Below are positions 1 to 9,205 of a stretch of DNA of 64,000 nucleotides, in pieces (position 1 is the first letter of the stretch; each line of letters begins with the position of its first letter). A model generated the notes under the pieces. It was not told where the DNA came from. It saw only the letters and a list, made by a program, of their open reading frames with translations, and made no database searches. Source of the DNA: an uncultured Acidimicrobiaceae bacterium (GTDB taxonomy: Bacteria > Actinomycetota > Acidimicrobiia > Acidimicrobiales > RAAP-2); assembly GCA_963834405.1 (NCBI GenBank), contig CAWIBX010000006.1, forward strand, positions 281,577 through 345,576, in the 5' to 3' direction. The position numbers and the translations under genes are program-made.

Positions 1-20
1 GTAGCCGGCGTCGACGTAGC

Positions 21-854
21 TCACGGCGCGCCCCCGTCCGTGCCGCGCGCCGGCCCGGCGGGCGTGCCGGCGCCCACCAATTCGGCCGCGTCCGCCGGGG
101 TGGACCCCTCGCTCCAGCGCTCCGCCAGCGAGACCTCAAGCTCCTGGGCGCCTACCGCGTCCTCCAGCACCTCAATGCGATAGCGCACGCCGAGCAGCCA
201 CACGAAGATCAGCGAGAAGGCGATGAACGCGAGGAGGAACGTCCACGCCATGGACGCCGACGCGTGAATCTGGAACCCGGGGTCGAGGAACGTCCCGCCC
301 TGGTGCAGCGTGTTCCACCAGTCCACCGAGAAGTGCACGATCGGCACGTCGATGGCGATGATGATCGCCGCCACGGCACAGCGCTTGGCGCGCACGGCCG
401 GGTCGGCCGGCACCCGGCGCAGCGCCAGGTAACCGATTTCGAGCAGGAGCAAGAGCGCGGTCGAGGTCAGCCGGGCGTCCCAGGTCCACCAGGTGCCCCA
501 CGCCGGGCGGCCCCAGAGCGACCCGGTGACGAGCGTGAGCGCGGCGAACACGGCGCCGACCTCGACGGCGGAGGCGGCCAGGCGGTCCCAGAAGAGCGAA
601 CGCGAGCGGGGCCACAGGTAGAGCAGGCTGCCGGCGGCGGCCACGCCGCCGGCCAGGTACAGCGCCACGGTCGCGATGGGCGGGTGCACGTAGAGCAGCC
701 GGGCCAGGTTCCCCTGGACTCGGTCGGGCGGGGTGATCCACAGGCCGAGCCACACGGTGAACCCGAGCGCCACGACGCCGAGCGCGCCGACGACATCGAG
801 CCAGCGCGGCCGGGGTGGCAACGCCCGCCGTGGTCGGAGCGTGGCCGCGCTCAC
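21..854 (-). CDS. ccmC: Heme exporter protein C (CcmC), cytochrome c maturation System I
   Basis: Trp-rich signature WGRPAWGTWWTWDARL (WGxxWxWD) and a polytopic membrane profile. GTG at 854 overlaps the ccmB stop (GTGA). The listed ORF 21..1139 was trimmed because its 5' third overlaps ccmB and is Arg/Ala-rich junk. Confidence 0.85.
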   Translation of the reverse strand: MSAATLRPRRALPPRPRWLDVVGALGVVALGFTVWLGLWITPPDRVQGNLARLLYVHPPIATVALYLAGGVAAAGSLLYLWPRSRSLFWDRLAASAVEVGAVFAALTLVTGSLWGRPAWGTWWTWDARLTSTALLLLLEIGYLALRRVPADPAVRAKRCAVAAIIIAIDVPIVHFSVDWWNTLHQGGTFLDPGFQIHASASMAWTFLLAFIAFSLIFVWLLGVRYRIEVLEDAVGAQELEVSLAERWSEGSTPADAAELVGAGTPAGPARGTDGGAP

Positions 855-1519
855 TCGGCCTCCTGCAGGGGGCCGTAGAGGACAACGCCGACCACCAGGT
901 AGACGAGCGCGAACGGGATGAGGATTTTGAGCCACTGCGTGCCGGACGCGCTGTTGCCGCTGAGCGCGGCCTCCCACACCTTCGACCCGGCGAGGAGCAC
1001 CGGGGCCAGCACCGGCAGCACGAGCAGCGGCAGCAGCGTGTCGCGCACGCGCAGGCCGGCGGAGAGCGCGCCGTAGAGTACGCCGGCGCAGGCCAGGCCA
1101 ATCGTCGCCAGCAGCGACGCGGTGACAGCGAGCCACCACACGTGGACGCGGACGTCGAAGAGGAACGTCACCCCGGCCCAGAGCACGACCTGCAGGGCGA
1201 GGAGCTGCAGCCCGACCGCCGCGGCCTTGCCCAGGAAGATGCCGGCGGGGTCGATCCCCGAGAGGCGCAGCCCGTCACGCGTGCCCTCCCCGGACTCGAC
1301 CGCCACGCTGCGCTGGATCGCGAGCACCGTGGAGAACAGCAGGGCGACCCAGAAGATGCCGGGTGCGGCGTGACGAAGCGCCGTCTGGTCAGGCCCGATG
1401 GCGAGCGCCAGCAGCACGAGCACCAACAGCGCGAACGGGACCACCTGCCAGAGCGCCACACGCGAGCGCGCCTCGATGCGCAGGTCCTTGCCCGCCACGA
1501 GCACGGCGTCATGCCACAT
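851..1519 (-). CDS. ccmB: Heme exporter permease CcmB
   Basis: 222 aa polytopic membrane protein lying between an ABC ATPase and CcmC. Its start overlaps the ccmA 3' end. Order ccmA-ccmB-ccmC. Confidence 0.8.
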   Translation of the reverse strand: MWHDAVLVAGKDLRIEARSRVALWQVVPFALLVLVLLALAIGPDQTALRHAAPGIFWVALLFSTVLAIQRSVAVESGEGTRDGLRLSGIDPAGIFLGKAAAVGLQLLALQVVLWAGVTFLFDVRVHVWWLAVTASLLATIGLACAGVLYGALSAGLRVRDTLLPLLVLPVLAPVLLAGSKVWEAALSGNSASGTQWLKILIPFALVYLVVGVVLYGPLQEAE

Positions 1520-2222
1520 GGTGGGCCTCCGTCACAGGAACGGGCGCGACGGCGGTCAGGGTGGCGCGGCGGCCGCCCTTCTCCTCGGCGGTGACGCGCC
1601 CGCCCGACATCGACACGACGCGGTCGGCCAGCGGCACGGAGAGGGCGGGCTCGTGCGACGACAGCAGCACCGTGGCGCCGTCGCGCGCGGCTTCGCCGAT
1701 CAGGCGGCCCAGGAGGTCGCGGGTGGCCGCATCGAGGCCGGCGTGCGGCTCGTCGAGAAGCCAGAGCGCGGGGCGGCGGGCCAGCAGCGCGGCCAGCGCG
1801 ACCCGGCGGCGCTGCCCGGCCGAGAGGCGCCCCGCCGGCGTGGCGCGCAGGCGGCCGGTGAGCCCGAGGCGCTCGAGCGCGTCGTCGGCGTCCGACGCGG
1901 GAAGGCCGAGGGCGCGCACGGCAAAGCGGACGTTCTCCACCGCGCTGAGCTCGTCGTAGAGCGGGACGGCGTGTCCGAGAAGGCCGACGTAACGCCGGAC
2001 GGCCGCGTGGTCCGCGGTGAGGTCGACGCCGAGGACGGTGGCCTCGCCGGAAGTGACGGGCAAAAGCCCAGCACAGGCCCGCAGCAGGCTGGTCTTGCCG
2101 GCGCCGTTCGGGCCCACGACGACGACGACCTCACCCTGCTCGAGGGTCAGGTCGACCCCGGCGAGGGCGGGGAAGCGGCCGGCGAGAGCGACCGCGGCAC
2201 GGAGGGAGACGACAGGGGCCAT
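1509..2222 (-). CDS. ccmA: Heme exporter ATP-binding protein CcmA (ABC ATPase)
   Basis: Walker A GPNGAGKTSLLR, ABC signature LSAGQRRRVALA, Walker B LWLLDEPHAGLD. ATG at 2222 (MAPVVSL) chosen over the longer listed ORF. Confidence 0.8.
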   Translation of the reverse strand: MAPVVSLRAAVALAGRFPALAGVDLTLEQGEVVVVVGPNGAGKTSLLRACAGLLPVTSGEATVLGVDLTADHAAVRRYVGLLGHAVPLYDELSAVENVRFAVRALGLPASDADDALERLGLTGRLRATPAGRLSAGQRRRVALAALLARRPALWLLDEPHAGLDAATRDLLGRLIGEAARDGATVLLSSHEPALSVPLADRVVSMSGGRVTAEEKGGRRATLTAVAPVPVTEAHHVA

Positions 2223-2345
2223 GGCCTTGGCCCCAAATGGTAGAGGGGGTCGGTCCCCGGGTACCAAGCGGGGCCCGGCGTGCCGGTGCGCCGCGATCGG
2301 CCCTGGTCGGAGGTCGGTCCGAGGCGGCCGGGCCGAAGGGGCCGG

Positions 2346-2897
2346 TCAGGCCATGTGGGCCAGTGCGTTGATCTCCTCGAGAGAGGTCTCCGTGTTGCCG
2401 GCCAACTCGGCGCGGGCGAAGGCCCGGAGCGCCGCCTCGTGCGCCACGAGCAGGTCCGAGGCGGCCTGCTCGGAGGGGTCGAGCTCGCCGATGCGCTGGT
2501 ACAGGGGGATGTACTGCTCGGTGATGGACTGGGTGGCATCGAGGAAGGCGGCCCAGGCGACACCCTGGGACAGCGCGTCGGCCAGGGTGAACATCTCGGG
2601 ATCTGGATCGGTCGAGATCCCCGCCCGCTCGAGGGCGGGCGCGATGGCCTCCTTGGTGCGCCGCTCCAGCGTGGAGAGGACGCGCATCTTGCGGGCCTGC
2701 TCGGGGTCGTCGAGAGCGTCGGCGATGTTGGCGAAGAGCGCCTCGCCCAGGACCTCCCCTTGATAGGCCCGGACCCAGAGCTCGTTGAGCGGGTCCTCGG
2801 GGGAGAAGATCGGCGACGGAACCGGTGGCTGTGCCTCTGCGCCGGCGGTGGCGTCGGTGTCGGTGTCGGTGTCGGAGTGGGTGTCCGTGTTGGCCAT
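2346..2897 (-). CDS. Hypothetical acidic helical protein with N-terminal Thr-Asp repeat
   Basis: The C-terminal 183 codons of listed ORF 2346..3611 have coding-like composition (MANTDTHSDTDTDTDATAG...). Upstream of the ATG at 2897 the frame is Arg/Pro/Gly junk. No family recognised. Confidence 0.55.
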   Translation of the reverse strand: MANTDTHSDTDTDTDATAGAEAQPPVPSPIFSPEDPLNELWVRAYQGEVLGEALFANIADALDDPEQARKMRVLSTLERRTKEAIAPALERAGISTDPDPEMFTLADALSQGVAWAAFLDATQSITEQYIPLYQRIGELDPSEQAASDLLVAHEAALRAFARAELAGNTETSLEEINALAHMA

Positions 2898-3034
2898 GGG
2901 TTCGACGGTACACCTGGGGTGGTCGGGGCGCTCGGGGCGCCCCGGGGCGCCGAGCGCCCAGGCGGGCCGAGCAGGTCGAGGTCGGGCGTTCGGGGGTGAC
3001 ACTCCTCCGTTCGGGGGGTGGTACTCCCCCGCCG

Positions 3035-3058
3035 CGTATACGTACACGTATACGTACA
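3035..3058. repeat. Perfect tandem duplication of the 12-mer CGTATACGTACA
   Basis: Read directly: cgtatacgtaca cgtatacgtaca. Each unit contains the palindromes GTATAC and TACGTA. It lies in the divergent intergenic region between 2897(-) and 3111(+). Confidence 0.7.
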
Positions 3059-3110
3059 TCGCGAGAGGGATGGTCTCGTCTGCCGGAACCCCTAATGTCC
3101 GGTCGCAGCT

Positions 3111-3971
3111 ATGGCCGTCGTGCTTATGCCCCTGCCGGCCCTCGACTTCGATCCCACTGAGGTGGCCGTCTCCTGGCAGGTCCTCTCCGCCGCGGGACAC
3201 GACGTCGTCTTCGCCACGCCGTCGGGGCACCAGGCCCAGGCCGACGACGTCATGCTCACCGGGCGCGGGCTCGACCCCTGGGGGCTGGTGCCGGGCCTCG
3301 ACCACCTGACGCTCGTCGGACGCGTTCTGCGTGCCGACGCGCGGGGGCGGGCGGCCAACGCCGCGCTGGTGGAGGACGCCGGGTTCCGCGCGCCGTTGCA
3401 CTGGGCCGAAGCCCGGCGGTCGGCCTTCGACGCGCTCGTGCTGCCCGGCGGCCACCGGGCGCGGGGCATGCGCGACTACCTCGAGAGCCCCGAGGTACGG
3501 CAAATCGTCATCGACGCATTCGGCGCCGGCAAACCGGTCGGTGCCATCTGCCACGGCGTCCTGGCCGCGGCGCGGGCGATCGACCCGACGACCGGACACT
3601 CGGTCCTGCACGGACGCCAGACCACGGCGCTGACATGGGAGCTGGAGCGGCGGGCCTGGGAGCTCACGCGGTGGACCCGCTGGTGGGACCGGAACTACTA
3701 CCGCACCTACATGGAGGAGCCCCTGCAGCGCACCGGCTACATGTCCGTCCAGCAGGAGGTGACGCGCGCGCTGGCGGAGCCGTCGGACTTCAAGGACGTC
3801 CCGCGGCGGTCGCCGGACGTCCGGCGCAAGACAAGCGGGCGATCACGGGACACGCTGACCGACGACCGGCCGGCTTGGGTCGTGCGCGACGGGTCATACG
3901 TGTCCGCCCGCTGGCCCGGTGACGCGCACACCTTCGCCAAGACGTTCGGGGCGGTGCTGGCGGGGAGGTAG
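3111..3971 (+). CDS. DJ-1/PfpI-like type 1 glutamine amidotransferase-fold protein
   Basis: Nucleophile-elbow context GKPVGAICHGVLAAA, LVLPGGH motif, 286 aa. Confidence 0.75.
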   Translation: MAVVLMPLPALDFDPTEVAVSWQVLSAAGHDVVFATPSGHQAQADDVMLTGRGLDPWGLVPGLDHLTLVGRVLRADARGRAANAALVEDAGFRAPLHWAEARRSAFDALVLPGGHRARGMRDYLESPEVRQIVIDAFGAGKPVGAICHGVLAAARAIDPTTGHSVLHGRQTTALTWELERRAWELTRWTRWWDRNYYRTYMEEPLQRTGYMSVQQEVTRALAEPSDFKDVPRRSPDVRRKTSGRSRDTLTDDRPAWVVRDGSYVSARWPGDAHTFAKTFGAVLAGR

Positions 3972-4008
3972 GCCGGGCGGGCGGCGGGCGGCGGGCGGCG
4001 GGCGGCGT
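3971..4008. repeat. G-rich tandem heptad (GGCGGGC-like) tract, G-quadruplex-capable
   Basis: ggccgggcgggcggcgggcggcgggcggcgggcggcg begins immediately after the TAG stop at 3969-3971. It has five or more GGG runs on the + strand. Confidence 0.6.
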
Positions 4009-4024
4009 CCGGCACCCGGGCCGT

Positions 4025-4037
4025 CTCCCGGCGGGAG
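4025..4037 (+). terminator. Short GC hairpin (CTCCC-GGC-GGGAG) followed by TGTGTT
   Basis: 5 bp stem and 3 nt loop downstream of the DJ-1-like gene. Weak, with no clear U-tract. Confidence 0.3.
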
Positions 4038-4041
4038 TGTG

Positions 4042-4164
4042 TTGCAACGACTCTAGGGGCGGATTTGGTTGCAACGACCCAGTGGGATCCTCCTTTTCAA
4101 AAGAACAATCACGGGTGTTGATCGTTTTCGGAGGAGCGCGCCCGTTCTCAGGGGGTCGTTGCAA
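4042..4164. repeat. AT-rich element carrying three copies of TTGCAACGAC (two direct, one inverted)
   Basis: TTGCAACGAC at 4042-4051. TTGCAACGACCC at 4069-4080. Its perfect reverse complement GGGTCGTTGCAA at 4153-4164. The interior is visibly AT-richer than the surroundings. It lies between two convergent stop codons (3971 and 4216). Confidence 0.55.
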
Positions 4165-4215
4165 TCAGCTCCCGCAGAGACCCGTCCGTCCGTCCCTCGC
4201 CGCCGGCCGACCGCG

Positions 4216-4995
4216 TCAGCTCTTGGACAAGCGCCCGAGCCCGATGTCGTTGAGCAGGTTCGAGATGTGGTTCGAGAGCCAGCCCACGTTGTCCGTCAGC
4301 AGCAGCACCCCGAAGCCGATCAGCAACAGCCCGGCCACGAGCTCGATGGCCCAGGTCCAGTGCCAGGCGCGGGCGAGGACGCCGGTCATGCGGCCGAACG
4401 CGAGTCCGACCAGTACGAAGGGCAGCGCCAGCCCCAGCGAGTACGCGAAGAGCAGCACGACACCGCCCGTCAGGGTGCCGGACCGGCTGGCCAGGCCCAG
4501 CACCACGCCGAGCACCGGCCCGATGCAGGGAGTCCACGCGAAGGCGAACGCCATGCCCATGACGGGCGCGGCCCACACGCCGAGCTTGGAAGGGCGGACG
4601 TCGAAACGGTGCTCCCCCGTCAGCCGCGTCACGAAGCCGAGGGTTCCCGATCCCGAGGTCGCCCACACACGCGACGGCAGCGCGCTCACGACCAGGACCA
4701 CACCGAGGAGGACGATCACCGCGCCACTCACGTAAATGAGCTCAATCCGGTTGTTCTTGAGCACCTGGCCGATGGTCGACGCCGTCGCACCCAGCGCCAC
4801 GAACACCAGCGTGAACCCCGCGACGAACAGCCCGATACCGCGGAGCACCGGCCGCCGCGCGGTCGAAGGTGTCGCGCCGTCTTCGCCTGCCGAGAGCTCG
4901 GCCGCCGACAGCCCCGAGACCATGGAGACGTAGCCCGGGACGAGCGGCAGGACGCAAGGCGAGACGAACGACAGGATCCCCGCGCCGAACGCCAC
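4216..4995 (-). CDS. ccdA: Cytochrome c biogenesis thiol-reductant transporter CcdA (DsbD-family core)
   Basis: FGAGILSFVSPCVLPLVPGY and AFAWTPCIGPVLG (two conserved TM cysteines). GTG at 4995 is the only canonical start below the gmd stop. The frame stays open and hydrophobic up to a CTG at 5094, so the 5' end is uncertain. Confidence 0.8.
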   Translation of the reverse strand: MAFGAGILSFVSPCVLPLVPGYVSMVSGLSAAELSAGEDGATPSTARRPVLRGIGLFVAGFTLVFVALGATASTIGQVLKNNRIELIYVSGAVIVLLGVVLVVSALPSRVWATSGSGTLGFVTRLTGEHRFDVRPSKLGVWAAPVMGMAFAFAWTPCIGPVLGVVLGLASRSGTLTGGVVLLFAYSLGLALPFVLVGLAFGRMTGVLARAWHWTWAIELVAGLLLIGFGVLLLTDNVGWLSNHISNLLNDIGLGRLSKS

Positions 4996-5090
4996 GAGGA
5001 CGCCGGCGGGGTTCGCTGAGATCGCGGCGATCGCGGCGAGGGAGGCGGGTACGACAGCTGCAGGCAGGAGGAGCGCCCCGACCTCCGCCG

Positions 5091-6086
<996 letters not shown>

Positions 6087-6090
6087 CTAG

Positions 6091-8008
6091 GTGGGTGGTG
6101 TGAAACGGGTCAGTATCCACCGGACGGACTGATCCGCAGAACCACGCGGCCCACGGCGGATCGTGTCGGTGCGGTGGCCGGGGCCGGCAGGCGACCCGCA
6201 GACCGCCAGGCGAGCGGGACAAGCGCCCAGGACGTCCGGAAAGGCTGCAATTGGCGCTCAGGCCACCTGCAAGCGCCCTTCGACACTGCGCCGCACGCCG
6301 AGGACGGCCAGACGTGCCAGGTTCGTGGCGGCGGCCAGCAAACTGAAGTCTGCGCCGACTTTGACGGTGCCGCGGACCCGAGCTCGGCGGCCTCCGTGTC
6401 GGCGGCGCATGAGGTGGGCGAGCTTTCGCTCCACCTTGGGGCGCGTCGTGCGGTAGTCGTCTTGCCACCCCGGGTCGCGTTGACGCTGGCGGGCCCGGGC
6501 CAACGCTGCTTCGTGGGCCCCGATGCTGATCGTGCGCCCGGCGGTCGACCTCGTGCACTGCTCGCGCAGAGGGCAGCCAGCGCAGGCGTCGCCGAAGTAG
6601 GCCATGCCGCCGCCGTCGCGGTGACGGCGGATCGTGACCGTCGCGCCCGCGGGACAGGTGACGGTGTCGTCCTCGAGGTTCACCTCGAAGCGGTCCTTGG
6701 TGAAGAGGCTGCCTGCGGCCGTCGGCTTCTGGGTCTTGCACCTCGACTCGATGCCCTCGTCTTCGAGTCGCTCTTGAAACGGCCCGGTCCCATAGGCGTT
6801 GTCGCCATAGACGGTGGCCTGTTCGTCTCCATCGACGCTCGCGCCATCGTCCTCGGACTCCTCGTCAACCCTTGGCGCCCCAGGGCTGCGTTCGTCGTCG
6901 GCCAAGAGGTCGGCGACGAGTTCTTCGGCCACGGCGGCATCGCCCACGTTGCCCGGGGTGACGACGGTCTCGGTGATGATCTCTGAGTCCGGATCCACCG
7001 CGGCGTGACCCTTGTAGCCGTCGAAGCCCCTGGCCTGGGTCTTGTGCCCATGGCGGGCCTCGGGGTCGACCGTCGAGATGATCCGGTCTGCCGCCACGCC
7101 CCGCACGATGCGAAAGGTGCCCCCCGCATCCTCTTCGATGTCCTGGCCGACGACGGTGGCCAACAGAGCGACGGCCTGGGCGAGGTCGGGACCAAGCTCT
7201 CTTCCTTCGAGGAGCAACAGGACCCCATGGGCGTCCTTGGCCCGCGAATCGATCAGGGCGTCACGGGCGGCGGGGTCGTCCCAGTCGATCTGGGGCTTGG
7301 CCGAGGTGGCGTAGTCGTCACCGCTCTTTATGACCTCGCGCACTTCGGCGGCCAGTTCGGGATCGGCCACCTTGAGCACTCCCCGGATGGCCGAGCGGAT
7401 GAGGGTAACCGTGTCCATGGTGGCCACCGCGTCATAGAGCGGAGTCGAGTCCAATATGCGCTTGCGTCCGACGAGTCCGGCCTCTTTGGCCGCGTCGCGG
7501 GTGACGTCGAAGATGCGGTTGGGAGCGACCGAGTGGCGCAGGCGCTCGCGCATGTCGACGAGCACGGTATGGGCGAATCTCGTCCACCCTTCGGTGTCAT
7601 AGCCGCCGACGCCCGCCGCGTAGCGCCAGCGGGTGTCGAAGCAGTAGCGCTCGACCGCCTCGCGGTCAGAGAGCCCCTCGAGACGCTGGAGCACCATGGC
7701 CACGGCCACGACCGAGGGCGGCACCGAGCGCCGGCCCGAGTCCTCGAAGAGGTCGGCGAAGGCCTCGTCGGGGAAGAGGCGCTCCCGCTCACGGTGCAAG
7801 AACGCGTAGATCGAGTGTGCCTCGAGCGTCTCGTCGCAGAACCTGGTCACGTCGTCGAACAGGTCGCCCTGTTTGTTCGCCACGCCGAGCGTCATCGGTC
7901 CCTCCAGATCGAGAACTACAAGGTTGTAATTCTCTCAGATCCGGACCAAGATCGCGAATCGAACGCCACGCGGTCAGCGTGCCCGATCACGCGAAAGACA
8001 CCACCCAC
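6091..8008 (-). mobile_element. IS1182-family-like insertion sequence, apparently intact
   Basis: Perfect 11 bp terminal inverted repeats: GTGGGTGGTGT at 6091-6101 and ACACCACCCAC at 7998-8008. CTAG flanks both ends (6087-6090 and 8009-8012). Contains a single 545 aa transposase ORF. Confidence 0.85.
6258..7895 (-). CDS. IS1182-family-like DDE transposase
   Basis: N-terminal DUF772-type segment GRRSVPPSVVAVAMVLQRLEGLSDREAVERYCFDTRWRYAAG. Cys-rich CPAG...CAGCPLREQC block. C-terminal RGTVKVGADFSLLAAATNLARL tail. Confidence 0.9.
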   Translation of the reverse strand: MTLGVANKQGDLFDDVTRFCDETLEAHSIYAFLHRERERLFPDEAFADLFEDSGRRSVPPSVVAVAMVLQRLEGLSDREAVERYCFDTRWRYAAGVGGYDTEGWTRFAHTVLVDMRERLRHSVAPNRIFDVTRDAAKEAGLVGRKRILDSTPLYDAVATMDTVTLIRSAIRGVLKVADPELAAEVREVIKSGDDYATSAKPQIDWDDPAARDALIDSRAKDAHGVLLLLEGRELGPDLAQAVALLATVVGQDIEEDAGGTFRIVRGVAADRIISTVDPEARHGHKTQARGFDGYKGHAAVDPDSEIITETVVTPGNVGDAAVAEELVADLLADDERSPGAPRVDEESEDDGASVDGDEQATVYGDNAYGTGPFQERLEDEGIESRCKTQKPTAAGSLFTKDRFEVNLEDDTVTCPAGATVTIRRHRDGGGMAYFGDACAGCPLREQCTRSTAGRTISIGAHEAALARARQRQRDPGWQDDYRTTRPKVERKLAHLMRRRHGGRRARVRGTVKVGADFSLLAAATNLARLAVLGVRRSVEGRLQVA

Positions 8009-8085
8009 CTAGCGGCTCCCGGGCGGGCGGCGCCGCCACCCCAGCCCACGGGGTGCGCCACGGTGGGCGCCCTACAGTGCGCGCG

Positions 8086-9147
8086 ATGCCGACGGCCTGC
8101 ATGATCTCGTTCCGGCTCGGCGGCGGCGACGGGGTCTCCGTCGAGGCGGCGAAGTGGGCGGGTGCGCTGGATGCGCTGGGCTGGCGGGTCTGCACGGTCG
8201 CCGGCGCGGGGCGGGCCGACACCGTGCTCCCGGGGCTCGCCATGGACGCGTCCAATCCCCCGACCGCGGGTGAGCTGCGCGACGCGCTCGCCCCGGCCGA
8301 CCTCGTGGTGATCGAGAACCTGTGCTCGCTACCGCTCAACCCCGCCGCCGCCGTGGCCGTGGCCGCCGCCTGCGCCGGCCGGCCCGCACTGCTGCACCAC
8401 CACGACCTGCCGTGGCAGCGTCCGCAGTTCGCCGGGTTCCCGCCGCCGCCGGACGACCCGGCCTGGGCCCACGTCACGATCAACGCGCTGAGCCGGGGCG
8501 AGCTGGCGGCGTTCGGCATCACCGCGACCACCGTCTACAACACTTTCGATCCCGACCCTCCGTCGGGCCGCCGCGCCGACACCCGCGCCGGCCTCGGTGC
8601 GGCGGACGGGACGCTGCTTCTGCTGCAACCGACGCGTGCGTTGCCGCGCAAGAACATCGAGGGCGGGCTCGCGCTGGCGGCGGGCGTGGGCGGCACCTAC
8701 TGGCTGCTCGGCCCGGCCGAGGACGGCTACGGGCCCGAGCTGGCGCGTCTGGTACGCAGCGCGCCTTGTCCGGTGATCCTCGGGGCGGGCACCGCGGAGA
8801 GTGCGGGCGAGAGCGGCCACGTCACGGTGGCCGACGCCTACGCGGCCTGTGACGCCGTGGTGCTGCCGTCGACGTGGGAGGGGTTCGGCAACCCGTCGGT
8901 GGAGTCGGCCACCCACCGCCGTCCCCTCGCGATCGGGACCTACCCGGTGGCGGCCGAGCTCGCGGCGTTCGGGTTCCGCTGGTTCCCGGCGGACGACCCG
9001 GCACCGCTGGCGAGCTGGTTGTCCTCGCCGGACGACGAGCTGCTGCGGCACAACCACGGGGTGGCGGCCACCCATTTCAACGTGGCCGACCTGCCTCGTC
9101 GCCTCCAGGCCGTGCTGTCCGAGCTGTCGTCCCTCCGGGTCCGCTGA
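8086..9147 (+). CDS. Glycosyltransferase, GT4/GT-B-like
   Basis: C-terminal donor-binding block VLPSTWEGFGNPSVESA (ExFG...E). The N-terminal MISFRLGGGDGVSVEAAKW is typical of GT-B enzymes. Start could be 8086 or 8101. Confidence 0.7.
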   Translation: MPTACMISFRLGGGDGVSVEAAKWAGALDALGWRVCTVAGAGRADTVLPGLAMDASNPPTAGELRDALAPADLVVIENLCSLPLNPAAAVAVAAACAGRPALLHHHDLPWQRPQFAGFPPPPDDPAWAHVTINALSRGELAAFGITATTVYNTFDPDPPSGRRADTRAGLGAADGTLLLLQPTRALPRKNIEGGLALAAGVGGTYWLLGPAEDGYGPELARLVRSAPCPVILGAGTAESAGESGHVTVADAYAACDAVVLPSTWEGFGNPSVESATHRRPLAIGTYPVAAELAAFGFRWFPADDPAPLASWLSSPDDELLRHNHGVAATHFNVADLPRRLQAVLSELSSLRVR

Positions 9148-9167
9148 TCCACTGGTATTGGTGGATC
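9146..9167. promoter_or_regulatory. Inverted repeat GATCCAC-N8-GTGGATC upstream of a TetR gene
   Basis: Read directly. It overlaps the glycosyltransferase stop codon and lies about 40 bp upstream of the GTG at 9206. It could be an operator or a terminator hairpin. Confidence 0.3.
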
Positions 9168-9205
9168 GGCCGCCCCCTCGGTGACTGTTCGGTAACGTCC
9201 TTGGG

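Noticed and set aside
2858-2892. GGTGTC hexamer repeats, considered as a VNTR or CRISPR-like repeat
   Set aside because: They lie inside the coding region and simply encode the Thr-Asp repeat (HSDTDTDTDAT) at the N-terminus of the 2346..2897 protein. There is no spacer/repeat architecture.
7950-7975. GTTCGATTC (tRNA T-loop-like) on the minus strand near the IS end
   Set aside because: There is no acceptor, D or anticodon arm around it. It lies inside the IS between the transposase start and the terminal repeat, so it is a chance match.
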